A stretch of 63,527 nt of DNA, filler included, from Octopus bimaculoides (Eukaryota), in assembly GCF_001194135.2 (NCBI RefSeq). It is 6 parts of 6 records of this genome, joined end to end, with 100 filler letters (N's around TTAATTAATTAA, not from the genome) between each part and the next. Parts side by side here need not be neighbours in the genome. Positions count along the whole stretch, not along the records: positions 46,310 to 58,468 come from NC_068996.1; positions 58,569 to 63,527 come from NW_026330863.1; 4 more parts are not named here. The stretch is one strand, 5' to 3'. The notes below the pieces were generated by a model. The model was given only the letters and a program-made list of their open reading frames with translations. It made no database searches and was not told the DNA's origin. Positions within the stretch are counted from its first letter, which is position 1, and each line of letters starts with the position of its first letter. This document shows positions 52,225 through 63,478 of the stretch, one piece after another. The position numbers and the translations under genes were made by a program.

Positions 52225-53273
52225 CAAGGTGCAATCTGGAAGCTTCAAGGCTTCTCCAGGAGAGACATTTATTAATTCGAAAGAAATCCAAAACTCTAAT
52301 CTCCTTCAAATTAGGATGATCCTCTCACTCCAATGCACTTGCTTTAGTGCTTCAGCCACTTGGTGAAGGCCCCATCAAAGTGCTCCAAAATGAAGGTGTC
52401 CAGGACCCTTGTCACAACCTCTTTCATCTCCTCAGTGTCTTCAAGCCAAATGTCCTTGAGGGTTTCCTTCATTTTGGGGGACAACCCAAAGTCACAGGAA
52501 CATGGTAGGGAGGGTGAGAGACAGTTTTGATGCCCACCTCTGTCAAGTACTTGGTTACCATCATCATCATCCAGAAATTTGAGGACTTTCTCAACCAGCT
52601 CTGATGATCTGATGTCCATCTCCTTTCCACACCTCTCATTGTCTCTCACCTTCTCTCCTACCATCCTTGAACATCTTGTTCCAGTGAAAACCAGATGCTT
52701 GGCTCATACGGTTCAATCAATAAGCAGTCTGGAGTTCCTGTGTTCAGATTAACATAAAACAATATTGCATAGCAAACCCATAGCAAACCTTCAAATTGTC
52801 CCCACATTCTGGCTGCGTTCTGCAAATTAGTCAGCTGTGACAAGCAATGTTTATTAGCATGTGTTCAAAGTGGTGTGACAGCTGTCTCCTTCAATTTAGA
52901 ATAAAAAAAGTTGGCAGGTTAGCTTATTTAGATGTGTAGTAATGATATACTAAAAAGGCGGCGAGCTGGCAGAAATGTTAGCACCCTGGGCAAAATGCTT
53001 AGCGGTATTTCGTTTGCTGTTACGTTCTGAGTTCAAATTCTGCCGAGGTCGACTTGTCTTTTATCCTTTCGGGGATGATAAATTAAGTACCAGTTACGCA
53101 CTAGAGTCGATATAATCGGCTTAATCCCTTTGTCTGTCCTTGTTTGTCCCCTCTATGTTTAGCCCCTTGTGGGCAATAAAGAAATAAGTAATGATATACT
53201 AAAAATAAGATAATCTAGGATAGTTATAACTGCTGCTCCTGAAAAAGTTTCAAAACTTCTGGAATGCACCTTG
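52225..53273 (-). mobile_element. Mariner transposon relic with SINE insertion
   Basis: TIR pair CAAGGTGCAATCTGGAAG / CAAGGTGCATTCCAGAAG; minus translation CSCDFGLSPKMKETLKDIWLEDTEEMKEVVTRVLDTF..FTKWLKH. Confidence 0.8.
52957..53186 (+). mobile_element. SINE family B, tail B1, young copy
   Basis: 17-19-bp TSD AGTAATGATATACTAAAAA (52938-52956 and 53187-53205). Confidence 0.92.
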
Positions 53274-53274
53274 T

Positions 53275-53523
53275 GTGTGTGTGTGTCTCCTTGTCCTGAC
53301 ATTGTATGATAGTCATAAAATGCTTGTCACTGTCATATAAGCAATGTCATTTGTTTCCAATCTTCTGTGAGAACATGTCTGGCCATAGGGAAATATTACC
53401 TTGTGCTTGGAAACAAGCAAGGGTTGGCAACAGGAAGGGCATCCATCTGTAGAAAATCTGCTTCAATAAAAACTCTGTCCAACCCATGCAAGCATGGAAA
53501 AACAGGCATTGAAATGATGATGG
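53275..53523 (+). mobile_element. SINE family D body and tail
   Basis: GGGTTGGCAACAGGAAGGGCATCC..CCCATGCAAGCATGGAAAA..TGATGATG. Confidence 0.68.
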
Positions 53524-53792
53524 TAAACAAGAGGAGATTTTGTGGTGCTTTACGTTTTTGCCTGGAGAGACTGACTCATCTTCTTCTTCCTCACCCAGTC
53601 TTGCTCTGCTTGTAGCAAGAAGCAGCCGTGCATCAAGATATCACAGCAATCTCTCAGACCAGAACTCACGTACAAATGCTTGCAACAGAGTTGGAGTCTG
53701 CTAAATGTAACCAATGACCATGTGGTGTTGGTAAGCAGCTTATCTGGTTGAAGTCCATCATGTAACTTAATTATTTAAGCACTATGTATTAA

Positions 53793-54022
53793 TCCTTCAG
53801 AATTTAAACTGGCCCAAATATCCTGCCTGTCTTCTGTTCAAAGCAACCAGTTTAGCTTCCTTCACCTACCTTATAATGTAATTCTAAAACTAAAGAATCA
53901 CCACATTGAAATCTCAAAGCTACATGATAATGCATGATTAATTCAAAACAATGTGAATAAATAAGCATTACATTTCACAGAATAAGCATTACATTTCACA
54001 GAGTAATCTGAATGTTAAAGGG
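53793..54022. mobile_element. piggyBac-like MITE 1
   Basis: TTAA at 53789-53792 and 54023-54026; ends TCCTTCAGAATT / AATGTTAAAGGG; internal 21-bp tandem duplication. Confidence 0.72.
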
Positions 54023-54099
54023 TTAATATTGTTTCAGTTATGCTTTACATACATTAATTATTTGATTGAAATGAATATTTACTCTTAGTGAAGAATTAA

Positions 54100-54647
54100 C
54101 CCTTTCATTGCCATTTCTCTTGAAATATACTGAAATATAACGAAGAATTTAATAAAATAATTAATTTCAGTATTTTGTCTGCAAGATTCTTGATGTGAAC
54201 TGATGTGTCAGAAAACATTTTATTGTATCTTAGGTGGATCGTTATGCCAATAATAAACATGCACTGGTTTTGTTTCGTAACCATTTAACCGGGGCATGTC
54301 ATAGATGGAGTCATGAATGGTAATGAAAGGACTTTGAAACAAACCTAGCTGATTGATTGACTGAACAATTAATCAAATAACCAATTAGTTAATTGGTTAG
54401 TTAACCAATTAAGGAACAAGAATGAAGAAGTGAAATAGAACCAGTGCATGTGTTTATAATTGACATAATGACCTTCCTAAAACACAACAAAATTACTAGA
54501 GTAACTTCGTCATTATTAATTAAGAGTTTGGAACATAAATTAACATGAAATTTTGATGGAAGATTTTAATTTAGATCATGTTAAATCAAGGAAGTTTGTA
54601 TCTTAGAATCAGGGAAGTCACAGGTGGGTGGTATGGTATCAAATGGG
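54100..54647. mobile_element. piggyBac-like MITE 2 containing a nested foldback element
   Basis: TTAA at 54096-54099 and 54648-54651; ends CCCTTTCATTGCCA / TGGTATCAAATGGG; nested ~55-bp inverted arms at 54217-54269 and 54439-54493. Confidence 0.7.
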
Positions 54648-54807
54648 TTAACACAATCAAGCCCGACCCTTTTAGCTATTATTTTCTTCTGATTTTATTG
54701 AAAAAGGTCGTTTATTTTTATTTAAAAAATTGAAGCTTTTAAAATCTACATAGAATATCTTGCAAATACATTCAATGAAATTAATGCTGCTTTTAACGAT
54801 CACTTAC

Positions 54808-54876
54808 TAATATTTTGTAAAGATCTGAATGTGGATTTATGTGGAGCAACCGCAGGAGTTCCTGGTTTGATAACAT
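54808..54876 (-). CDS. Internal exon (69 nt, read as phase 1-1) of the unidentified gene: (D)VIKPGTPAVAPHKSTFRSLQNI
   Basis: Acceptor T10-ATGCCTTGTTGCAG (AG 54878-54877), donor TTA|GTAAGTG (GT 54807-54806); the phase-0 frame is also open. Confidence 0.65.
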
Positions 54877-54947
54877 CTGCAACAAGGCATAAAAAAAAAA
54901 CATAATTAAAAGTACATTTCTGCAATAAATAAAGAAAACATAACTGT

Positions 54948-55320
54948 TTCATCATCATTTAATGTCCATTTTCCATGCTGGCATGGGTTGGACAGTTTGA
55001 CAGGAGCTGGCCAGCTGGGGAGCTGACCAGGCTCTAATTGTCTGTTGTAGCATGGTTTCTGTGGCTGGATGCCCTTCCTAACACCAACCACTTTACGGAG
55101 TGTGCTAGGTGCTTGCTTCTATATATGTTATAAATCCTTCCATCATTACGAAGCCATGTAAAACACAGCCAGCACACTCTGTTAAATGGTTGGCATTCAC
55201 CAGTAAAAACCATGCCAAAGCAAACACTGATCAAGCCTCTGGCTCATCTGTTCTTGTCAAACCATCTGATCCATACCAGACTGGAAAAGAGGATGTTAAA
55301 TTACGAAGATGATCATGATG
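54948..55320. mobile_element. Head-to-head inverted pair of family E fragments
   Basis: Minus copy ~54948-55110 and plus copy ~55150-55320; both carry the CCATG..GGAAAA..TTAAA tail; divergent. Confidence 0.65.
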
Positions 55321-55821
55321 ATATCTTCAGAATCTGATTATATATTTAATTTGCTCTGAGAAAGCTGATTATGTTAAAATAAATTCAAGTTAAAAAGTAT
55401 GCATATGCCTAAATGATATTAGATATACTCATAGCTAACTTTATTGGTAGGTTGATAGAGATTGCAACAAGAATGAAAATCACAATATTCCAGTTGACGA
55501 TCTTTAACTTCCACTTTTCTTCACACTAGACTAAATATGATTAACAGGGTGAGTGCATTAACTTATGGTATTTTTAGCAATTGTTGTTGCTTAGTTCTGA
55601 CTCAGCCTTGATTGAGAAGATCCAGGCATGATCATTTGTCTTTCTGTAAGTACTGTGTACACCAGATAATGTCAGAATGGTTGGTATTTAAAACAAAATG
55701 TTATAAGATCAGTTGTTTTCAATAAGAAAAAAAATGCAAAGTGGTTGGTGATGGAAAGTATGCCCCTCCCCCCCCTCACAAACAGCACAGTGCAGTGTGA
55801 GATATAGATTTCATAAGCTAC

Positions 55822-55922
55822 CTAAGACTGAAGTAACTCCAGACACAAACTGATATAAAGAGTAGATTAGCTGCAGACAACCATTCTGGTGCTGGTACCA
55901 AGTAAAATTTATCCAGTGAATT
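55822..55922 (-). CDS. Internal exon (101 nt, read as phase 2-1) of the unidentified gene: IHWINFTWYQHQNGCLQLIYSLYQFVSGVTSVL
   Basis: Acceptor TTTTGTTGTTGTTTATTCTTACAG (AG 55924-55923), weaker donor TTAG|GTAGCT (GT 55821-55820); an alternative 0-2 frame is also open. Confidence 0.55.
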
Positions 55923-56199
55923 CTGTAAGAATAAACAACAACAAAATTGCTCGGTATTACCTGTTACAGTATGTACCAGATAATGTTGAATTGCAATGAG
56001 GTCACAGGACATTATGAGGTCTTCTTAATTGACCTCTTCTATTTGTATTTATCTTTTTGCAGCTCCTACTCAGAACTCTCACCCTTTCCTCTAAACATAA
56101 GCCATTATGCAGCTCCTCTACAAGAACCTGTTCCCCACCTTCGCTATCATACTTGGATCCCCATGTCTCCAAGCATAAAGCTAGCCTTACCTCCCCACC

Positions 56200-56445
56200 A
56201 CTCCCATGAACTGCCACAAGTTTCTTAGTCTTGCAAGCTCCGTGGTGACCTGAATAATGTTGGTGGCACAAAAAAAAGCCATATGCATTGTAAAGTGGTT
56301 GGTATTGGGAAGGGCAGCCAACCACAGAAATCATGCCAAAGCAGACAATTGGAGCATGATGCAATCTTTAGACCCACTGGATCCTGTCAAACTGTCTAAT
56401 CCCATACCAACATGGAATATGGACATTAAATGATGATGATGATGA
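56200..56445 (+). mobile_element. Family E retroelement 3' end
   Basis: GTGGTTGGTATTGGGAAGGGCAGCC..CATGGAATATGGACATTAAATGATGATGAT. Confidence 0.7.
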
Positions 56446-56622
56446 TTCTCTTCTCTTTCCTTAATAGGTGGTCCATAATTCAAGAGATATTCACTACTCA
56501 ATAATGGATGTAATCTGCTTCCACTGTAATCTACTCAGTGATACTGATTTTCTTTCATGATAGTCCATTTTAAATGTTAAATGTTGCTTACCATTATATA
56601 TATCAATCATCAATACTATATA

Positions 56623-57847
56623 CTGGGTCATCCCATAAATAATGTGGTTCTTTTTTATACTTTTTAATCTAAAATAATATTCTTCTTCATTTTCTACAAT
56701 GCTCTTCCATCTATCTGGTAGACTTGCAAGGCCCCTCTTCCAAAATTCACTTGTTTGTAATGTAAAATACTTCTCCAGTACTGTTCTGACCACATCTACA
56801 GAATTCATATTTTTTCCGTCCAAATGATTTTGAAGACAGCGGAATAAATGATAATCAGATGGGGCAATATCTGGCGAATATGGTGGGTGAGGCATCGTTT
56901 CCCATTCAAACTGTTCCAGACTTTGGAAAGTCATCCTCACTGTATGTGACCAAGCATTATCCTGATGGAAGAACGCCTTTCGTCTGGAAACCAAAGCTGG
57001 TCATTTCTCTTCTAGCACTGACTTAAACTGCTCAAGCTGTTCACTGTAGATCTGCTTTGTTACCATTTGGTTTGGGTTTAAAAGTTCAAAGTGGACTAAA
57101 CCTTTCATATCCCACTAAACAGATAAGAACACCTTACGTAGGTGAAGACCTTCCTAAGCCTGGGGAGCTGGTGTTTCTCCTTTCCCTACCCACTGTCTTC
57201 AGCACTTGAGATTTTTTTAGAGAAGCTATTTCTCGTCACCAGACACTATTTGGTCAAAAATGATTCATTTGTGAGATGTGACAGCAAAGAAGAGCACACA
57301 TTCACTCTCTGCATGTGATTAGACTCAGAAAGTTTGTGAGGAACCCATTGACCCAATTTGCTGACTTTTCTGATGGCACACAGGTGTTGATGAATGGTTG
57401 AATGACCAAATCCAAGCTTCTCTGCTAGTTCTTCAACAGTTACGATGGTATTGTATTTAACCAGGGTCTGTAGGACGTCCTTACTGAGCTCTACAGATCG
57501 TCTTCTAGACTGGTTTTTGGATTGGAATTTCTGGAATCACCATTGACACTGGCTTATTGTCCAATCCCCATACACTGCATTAATATTCCTCGCACTTTCC
57601 GTTGTGCTGTTGCCTTTATTGAATTCATAAAGCAAAATATGCTGAATATGCTCCTTTGTCACTTCCATTATAGGTTTGAAAAAATAACTGTTAAAATCTA
57701 ACTGCACTCTTCAAAACTTGCACTAAGAATAAGCCAAAGGTAAAATTACTGCTTTTAAGGCAAGTTGATGCAGGTAGTTTATCGCATCCCCTTCCAACTT
57801 ATATTTCATGCAATTGAAAAAAACGCATTATTTATGGGATGACCCAC
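56623..57847 (-). mobile_element. Near full-length mariner transposon (1225 bp), inactive
   Basis: TIRs GGGTCATCCCATAAATAATG with TA flanks (56621-56622, 57848-57849); WVPHKL, GDEK, FHQDNAWSH and HPPYSPDIAPSDYHLF motifs; frameshifts and stops. Confidence 0.93.
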
Positions 57848-57874
57848 TATAAAAATGGAGATCCTAAAATCCAG

Positions 57875-58125
57875 GTGTCATGTAAAAAGCATTGGTGTAG
57901 CTGCTGATGCCACTCGGAAAAGCACTGGTGGTGCTGCTACATAAAAAGCACCCAGTACACTCTGTGGAATGATTGATATTAGGAACAGCATGCAACCATA
58001 GAAATCAAGTCAAAACAGACTACGGAACCTGATGCGACCCTGGGCCCTACCAGTGCCTGTCAAGCCATCCAACTCATGCCAACATGGAAAACGGATGTTG
58101 ATTGATGATGATGATGATGATAATG
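57875..58125 (+). mobile_element. Family E retroelement 3' end
   Basis: AAAAAGCACCCAGTACACTCTG..CATGCCAACATGGAAAACGGATGTTG..GATGATGAT. Confidence 0.7.
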
Positions 58126-58468
58126 AACAGGTTTGTTGTATTTTTCTTTTTCTCTTCTACACACAATGCACTCTGCTTCTCTGAATTTTCTACATCTATA
58201 CCACACAGCAGTTAATTTCTCTAATGTACACCAACATCTTTTGCCATCAGGCTTCAAGTTCTTCAGAATACGTATAGTATTAGCTTTCTTGCTCACATTA
58301 TCTGGTCTGTAGTTAAATCTACAAAATTTGAAGCTAAGCAACAATTGCAAGCAACACCCATTCTATTTATATCATACTCAGGAAAAATTTTAAATATTTA
58401 CAAGCATGCTTCTCTTCTGTTCATTGGCCTAAATAAATGAAACAAACTTGCAACCCAGCAATCCAACT

Positions 58469-58568
58469 NNNNNNNNNNNNNNNNNNNNNNNNNNNNNNNN
58501 NNNNNNNNNNNNTTAATTAATTAANNNNNNNNNNNNNNNNNNNNNNNNNNNNNNNNNNNNNNNNNNNN
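58469..58568. other. Artificial 100-bp assembly linker 5
   Basis: 44 N + TTAATTAATTAA (58513-58524) + 44 N. Confidence 0.95.
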
Positions 58569-60055
58569 GCATACCTGTGAAGCAGTGGTGTGGAATCTCT
58601 TGGAATTAGTGGTGGTGGTGGTGGAGGTGGTGGTGGAGGTGATAGTAAGTGGTAAGTGTTGTGGTATATGATAGCAAAATGGTAGTGTGGTGGTAGTGAG
58701 GTGGTATTATTGGATGCTGGAAGTCATGTGAGGATATAAGCACGTGGATAGTAGAATGTGGTGGTGTTGTTATCGTTACCATTGTAGTTTTTGTTGTTTA
58801 ACCCCAGGTCAATTCTCATCGAGCAGGTCCATAATACGCAATCAAAGGCATTCCAGTCGTGACTCTCTCGACCGATTACTATTTGTAGGGAACCTAAAAC
58901 CGTGCAGTTCATCGTTTTCTATTTTCCCTTCTTAAAGATGCAGTCGGGGTTGTGTGGTAAGAGGTCTGCTTCCTAACCATGTGTGTGTGTTTGAAGGCAC
59001 TGTGATGACTACCAAGGGTTTCATGCTCTATATTCGCATGCGCGTGTCTCCAGTGGGATTATGAAAACATTATTTGAAAAAATATTCGTAAAAGCATTAA
59101 GTAGAAGTGAATTTCCACTAAATTGTTTCAGGAGATGGAAAAATTCGTTCTTTTTTTTATTTTTATTAAAGTCGAACAACTAATTTATGTGGGATTAAGA
59201 GAAAATGATAACATCAAGGATAAGGTGAAGAAAATAGCAGCGTTGCGAGAAAAAATGGGTCTTCCAAGAAAAAATAAATAGAAGAATAAGGGAAAGATGA
59301 AAGATGAATAGTAGAATACAAAATGGAGCGAGAATGTCAAAAGAAAGTCTAAATTGATGAAATTTCGGATGTCCGGTAAAAGAGGTGATTTCCAGTCCCA
59401 GCACAGGTGCTTTTCAAAGCGTCTGCATTTCTCGAATATTGCTGATCTAATGTTTAAATAAATATCAAAAATGGGAAGGATTTTGAAGAGTTTCATTTTT
59501 TCTAATGTACACAGATCACTACTTTCCCTTCCATGTTGTGATGGTTTAAATCTTAGGATGTTTCTTTTCCACGTGCTCCTCAATTCGAAAGCTTCAGAAT
59601 ATAGTATGTGTGAACACATGGAAAATGAGTTCGAGGGACGAAACCGTTAGTAGCTCGCCCAGTGTCATGACTACACACAAACACGCACACACACATACGT
59701 ACGCACGCACGCACGTTTGTATGTATAGATATTACATATAGATACTTACATATGCAGAAACAGAATATTAAGAACATGAGACACTGTAAAGGCAGATACA
59801 CGAATAAACCGATAAAAAAAACAGAAACAAAAAACGAGAAACAAAAAAAAAACTACATAACATAAAAACGACACAAAATATCCGAAAGACATATATGTGC
59901 ACATAGAAACGCATACACATAGAACCAGACGTCCATACATATACAGACGCATACGCACACAGAAGCATACAAAAGCAGACAAGAACACACGAACAGATAT
60001 ATATATATATATAGAGAGAGAGAAATAAGTACACACATTTACAAGTAATCACATA

Positions 60056-60137
<82 letters not shown>

Positions 60138-60184
60138 CGCACACACGCACACACATCTATATGTTTAGTTGTGAATAATTTTCT

Positions 60185-60390
60185 ACACGGCATCGATGTC
60201 AGAAAGATTTATACAACTCCTTCAATATGTCCACCACGGACAGATAGTGTTGAATAAAATATGTATTTTTGTAAAGCTTACCTTCCGGTCTGCCGTTTCT
60301 TAAAGCGAAACAAAATACAAGGAAAAGAGAAAGAAATGCTTGTTTCACCATTATTCTGTTTTGCGAAACCATGGAAAATAGAAAAAATGG
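60185..60390. repeat. Copy 1 of a ~200-bp non-microsatellite duplication
   Basis: Near-identical to 63280-63478 over ~130 bp, looser beyond. Confidence 0.9.
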
Positions 60391-60414
60391 ATGGTCAGCG
60401 TGTATGTATGAAGG

Positions 60415-60445
<31 letters not shown>

Positions 60446-60976
60446 GTATATATGTATGTATGTATGTATGTATGCATTATGTATGTACGTATGTATGTGT
60501 GTATGTGTATATGTATACACACATATATGTATATGCATATTTACATGCATATATATATGTATATATATATATGTATGTATGTATGTATATGAATATGTAT
60601 GTATATATATATATATATANNNNNNNNNNGTATGTATGTATGTATGTAAGTATATATGTATGTATGTATATATATGTATGTATATATAGTATATCATATA
60701 TACATTAATATATATTCTAAATCTATCTACATGCCATTTTGCACGTACAAGTGTATATGCATATATCTACGAGTGTACATATACATATACATACACATAC
60801 ATATGTGTATGTGTGTGTGTGTTTCTGTGTGTGTGTGTGTGTTTCTGTGTGTGTGACTGTGTGTGTTTCTGTGTGTGTGAGTGTGTGTGTATAATGAATA
60901 ACATACTCTCTGTCTAGCTATATACATGCCCGGTTATCAATCAGTCCAACTATCTATCTATCTATCTATCTATTTC

Positions 60977-61027
<51 letters not shown>

Positions 61028-61119
61028 GTGTGTGCGTGTGCGTGCGTGCGTGTGTGTGCGTGCGTGTGTGTGTGTGAGTGCGTGTGTATGTGCGTGCGTT
61101 TGTGTGTGTCTGTGTGTAA

Positions 61120-61442
61120 AGGACGTGGCTTAGTGGTTAGAGTACCGGCATGCGATCATAGGGTCGCAAGTTCGATTCCCGGCGGTGCGTTGTGTCCTTG
61201 AACAAGTCACTTTATTAAATATTGCTCCAGTGCACTCAGCTGGCAAAAATGAGTGGTACCTGTAATTCAAAAGGGGCCAGCCTTTTCACTCTTTGTGTCA
61301 CGTTGAACCTCCCTGAGAAGTATGTGAAGTGGTACGCGTGTCTTTGGGGTACTCAGCCACTTGCACGTTAATCTCACGAGCATGCTGCTCCGTTTGATCA
61401 GATCCATTGGGATCCTCGTCGTCGTAAGCGACAGAGTACCAA
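61120..61442 (+). mobile_element. tRNA-derived CORE-like SINE (OR2-like by recall) sharing the family C tail
   Basis: A box TGGCTTAGTGG, B box AGTTCGATTCC, core TGTGTCCTTGAACAAGTCACTTT, tail CCTGTAATTCAAA..CTCAGCCACTTGCACGTTAAT..GTCGTAAGCGAC. Confidence 0.82.
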
Positions 61443-61493
61443 TTATGAAATTAAATTATGTATATACATATGTATATATATATATATATACAC

Positions 61494-61540
<47 letters not shown>

Positions 61541-61865
61541 CATATATACATACATAAATTCATACATACATGCATACATACATACATATGTGCACGCACA
61601 CACACATATGTACAGAGCAGGACAGGGGAGGAAGGAGGAGGAAAAAGAGAGAGATGGGTGCAGAGAGGGTGATGGATAGAAAGATAAATAAGGAAATGAA
61701 TAGACTTAGCGAAGAATAGGCACTTATGTATCTGTTTGTATATATGCTTATCTCTCTATGTATCTATTTATTTCATACACGCATATGTGTATGTATATAA
61801 TATATACACATACATACACATATATTTACATAAGTATGTATATATACAATATGCAATCTCTCTCA

Positions 61866-61900
<35 letters not shown>

Positions 61901-62400
61901 TCTCTGCATACACACATACACATACATACATACATACATATATGCATATATGCTCACACCTATACACATGTACAGGGATAAAAATATTGTTAGAGTGATT
62001 CAGAAAAGGGGAGCGCGTGATTTGCGAAAAGCTGAGTAAATGATGAACTTCCTGTTAACAAACTCTGGCTAACATAAACTTAACAACAAAACGAAAGCTT
62101 TTAACAATAAGAATAAGGACAAGAAATAACAACAAACTTACAACAGTGATAGCAACAATAACAACGATGTCAGGGACCTTATCTTAAACTACTAAATCCA
62201 TCATCATCTCTTCTATCACCACTGCTGCTGCTACTATCACATCTCCTTAATCATCTGTTTTGCACGTCTTTCAGCACCAAAGCTTCGTCAGTGCTGTCGA
62301 AACTACTCATAGGAAAACTACCACCACTATTACAGGCGTCATTACCAAGATGACAATGACAACGATGATGATGACGATGACCACCACCACCACCACCACC

Positions 62401-62841
62401 ACCAGTACTTATTCTATCGGTTTGTTTTGCCGAACAGCTAGTTACGGAGGCGTAAACACACCAGCATCAATTGTCAAGCGATGTTGGGGGACAAACACAG
62501 ACACACAAACATACATACATACATACATACATACATACATGCATGCATACATACATACATACATACATACATANNNNNNNNNNCACACAAACATACATAC
62601 ATACATACATACATACATACATGCATGCATACATACATACATACATACATACATACATACATACATGCATACATACATACATACATACATATATATGACA
62701 GGCTTCTTTCAGTTTCCGTCGGGCTTTGGTCGGCTCGAGGCTATAGTAGAAGACACTTGCCCAAGGTGTCACGCAGTGGGAATGAACCGGAACCATGTAG
62801 CTGGTAAGCAAGCTACTTACCACACAGCCGCTCCTGTGCCT
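62401..62841 (-). mobile_element. SINE family A with expanded (CATA)n interior
   Basis: Body at 62401-62505 and head at ~62697-62841. Confidence 0.82.
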
Positions 62842-62946
62842 ATAAATAAATATATATGTATACATGAATAAATAAATGAATATATATATTCACATGCATA
62901 CAAACGTATTTGCATGCATATGCTATACACACACACATATACATAA

Positions 62947-62985
<39 letters not shown>

Positions 62986-63080
62986 NNNNNNNNNNNNNNN
63001 NNNNNNNNNNNNNNNNNNNNTGTGTGTGTGTGTATGTGTGTTCGTGTATGTATGTGTGTGTATGTGTACCTATGTGTACC

Positions 63081-63115
<35 letters not shown>

Positions 63116-63279
63116 GATATGCAAAATAATCATAATAAAAGCTGTAAAAAATATACACAAACCCCTAAAATTATGGATTTACATACATACACAGACATAT
63201 GAATGCATAAGCGCATATACGTATATACAGAAGTGCAGATACACACACACATATGCTGTCGCCTGTTGGATAATTGAAT

Positions 63280-63478
63280 ACACGACATCGACGTCAGAAA
63301 GATTTATACAACTCCTTCAATATGTCCACCACAGACAGATAGTGTTGAATAAAATATGTACTTTTGTAAAGCTTACCTTCCGGTCTGCCGTTTCTTGCGG
63401 CGAAACAAAAGACGTCGAACGGACATCATATTCGTTTCTATATTCTTCTGTTCTGCAAGACTTTTGGAAAATGGATGG
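63280..63478. repeat. Copy 2 of the ~200-bp duplication
   Basis: See 60185-60390. Confidence 0.9.

Noticed and set aside
53560-53720. Possible small exons near GTGAGT/GTGAGG donors
   Set aside because: Phases break the otherwise open chain; weak acceptor
58060-58350. 96-aa minus ORF as the next upstream exon
   Set aside because: Its only phase-2 donor (TG|GTATAG) creates TGA when joined to exon 55922; no recognisable homology
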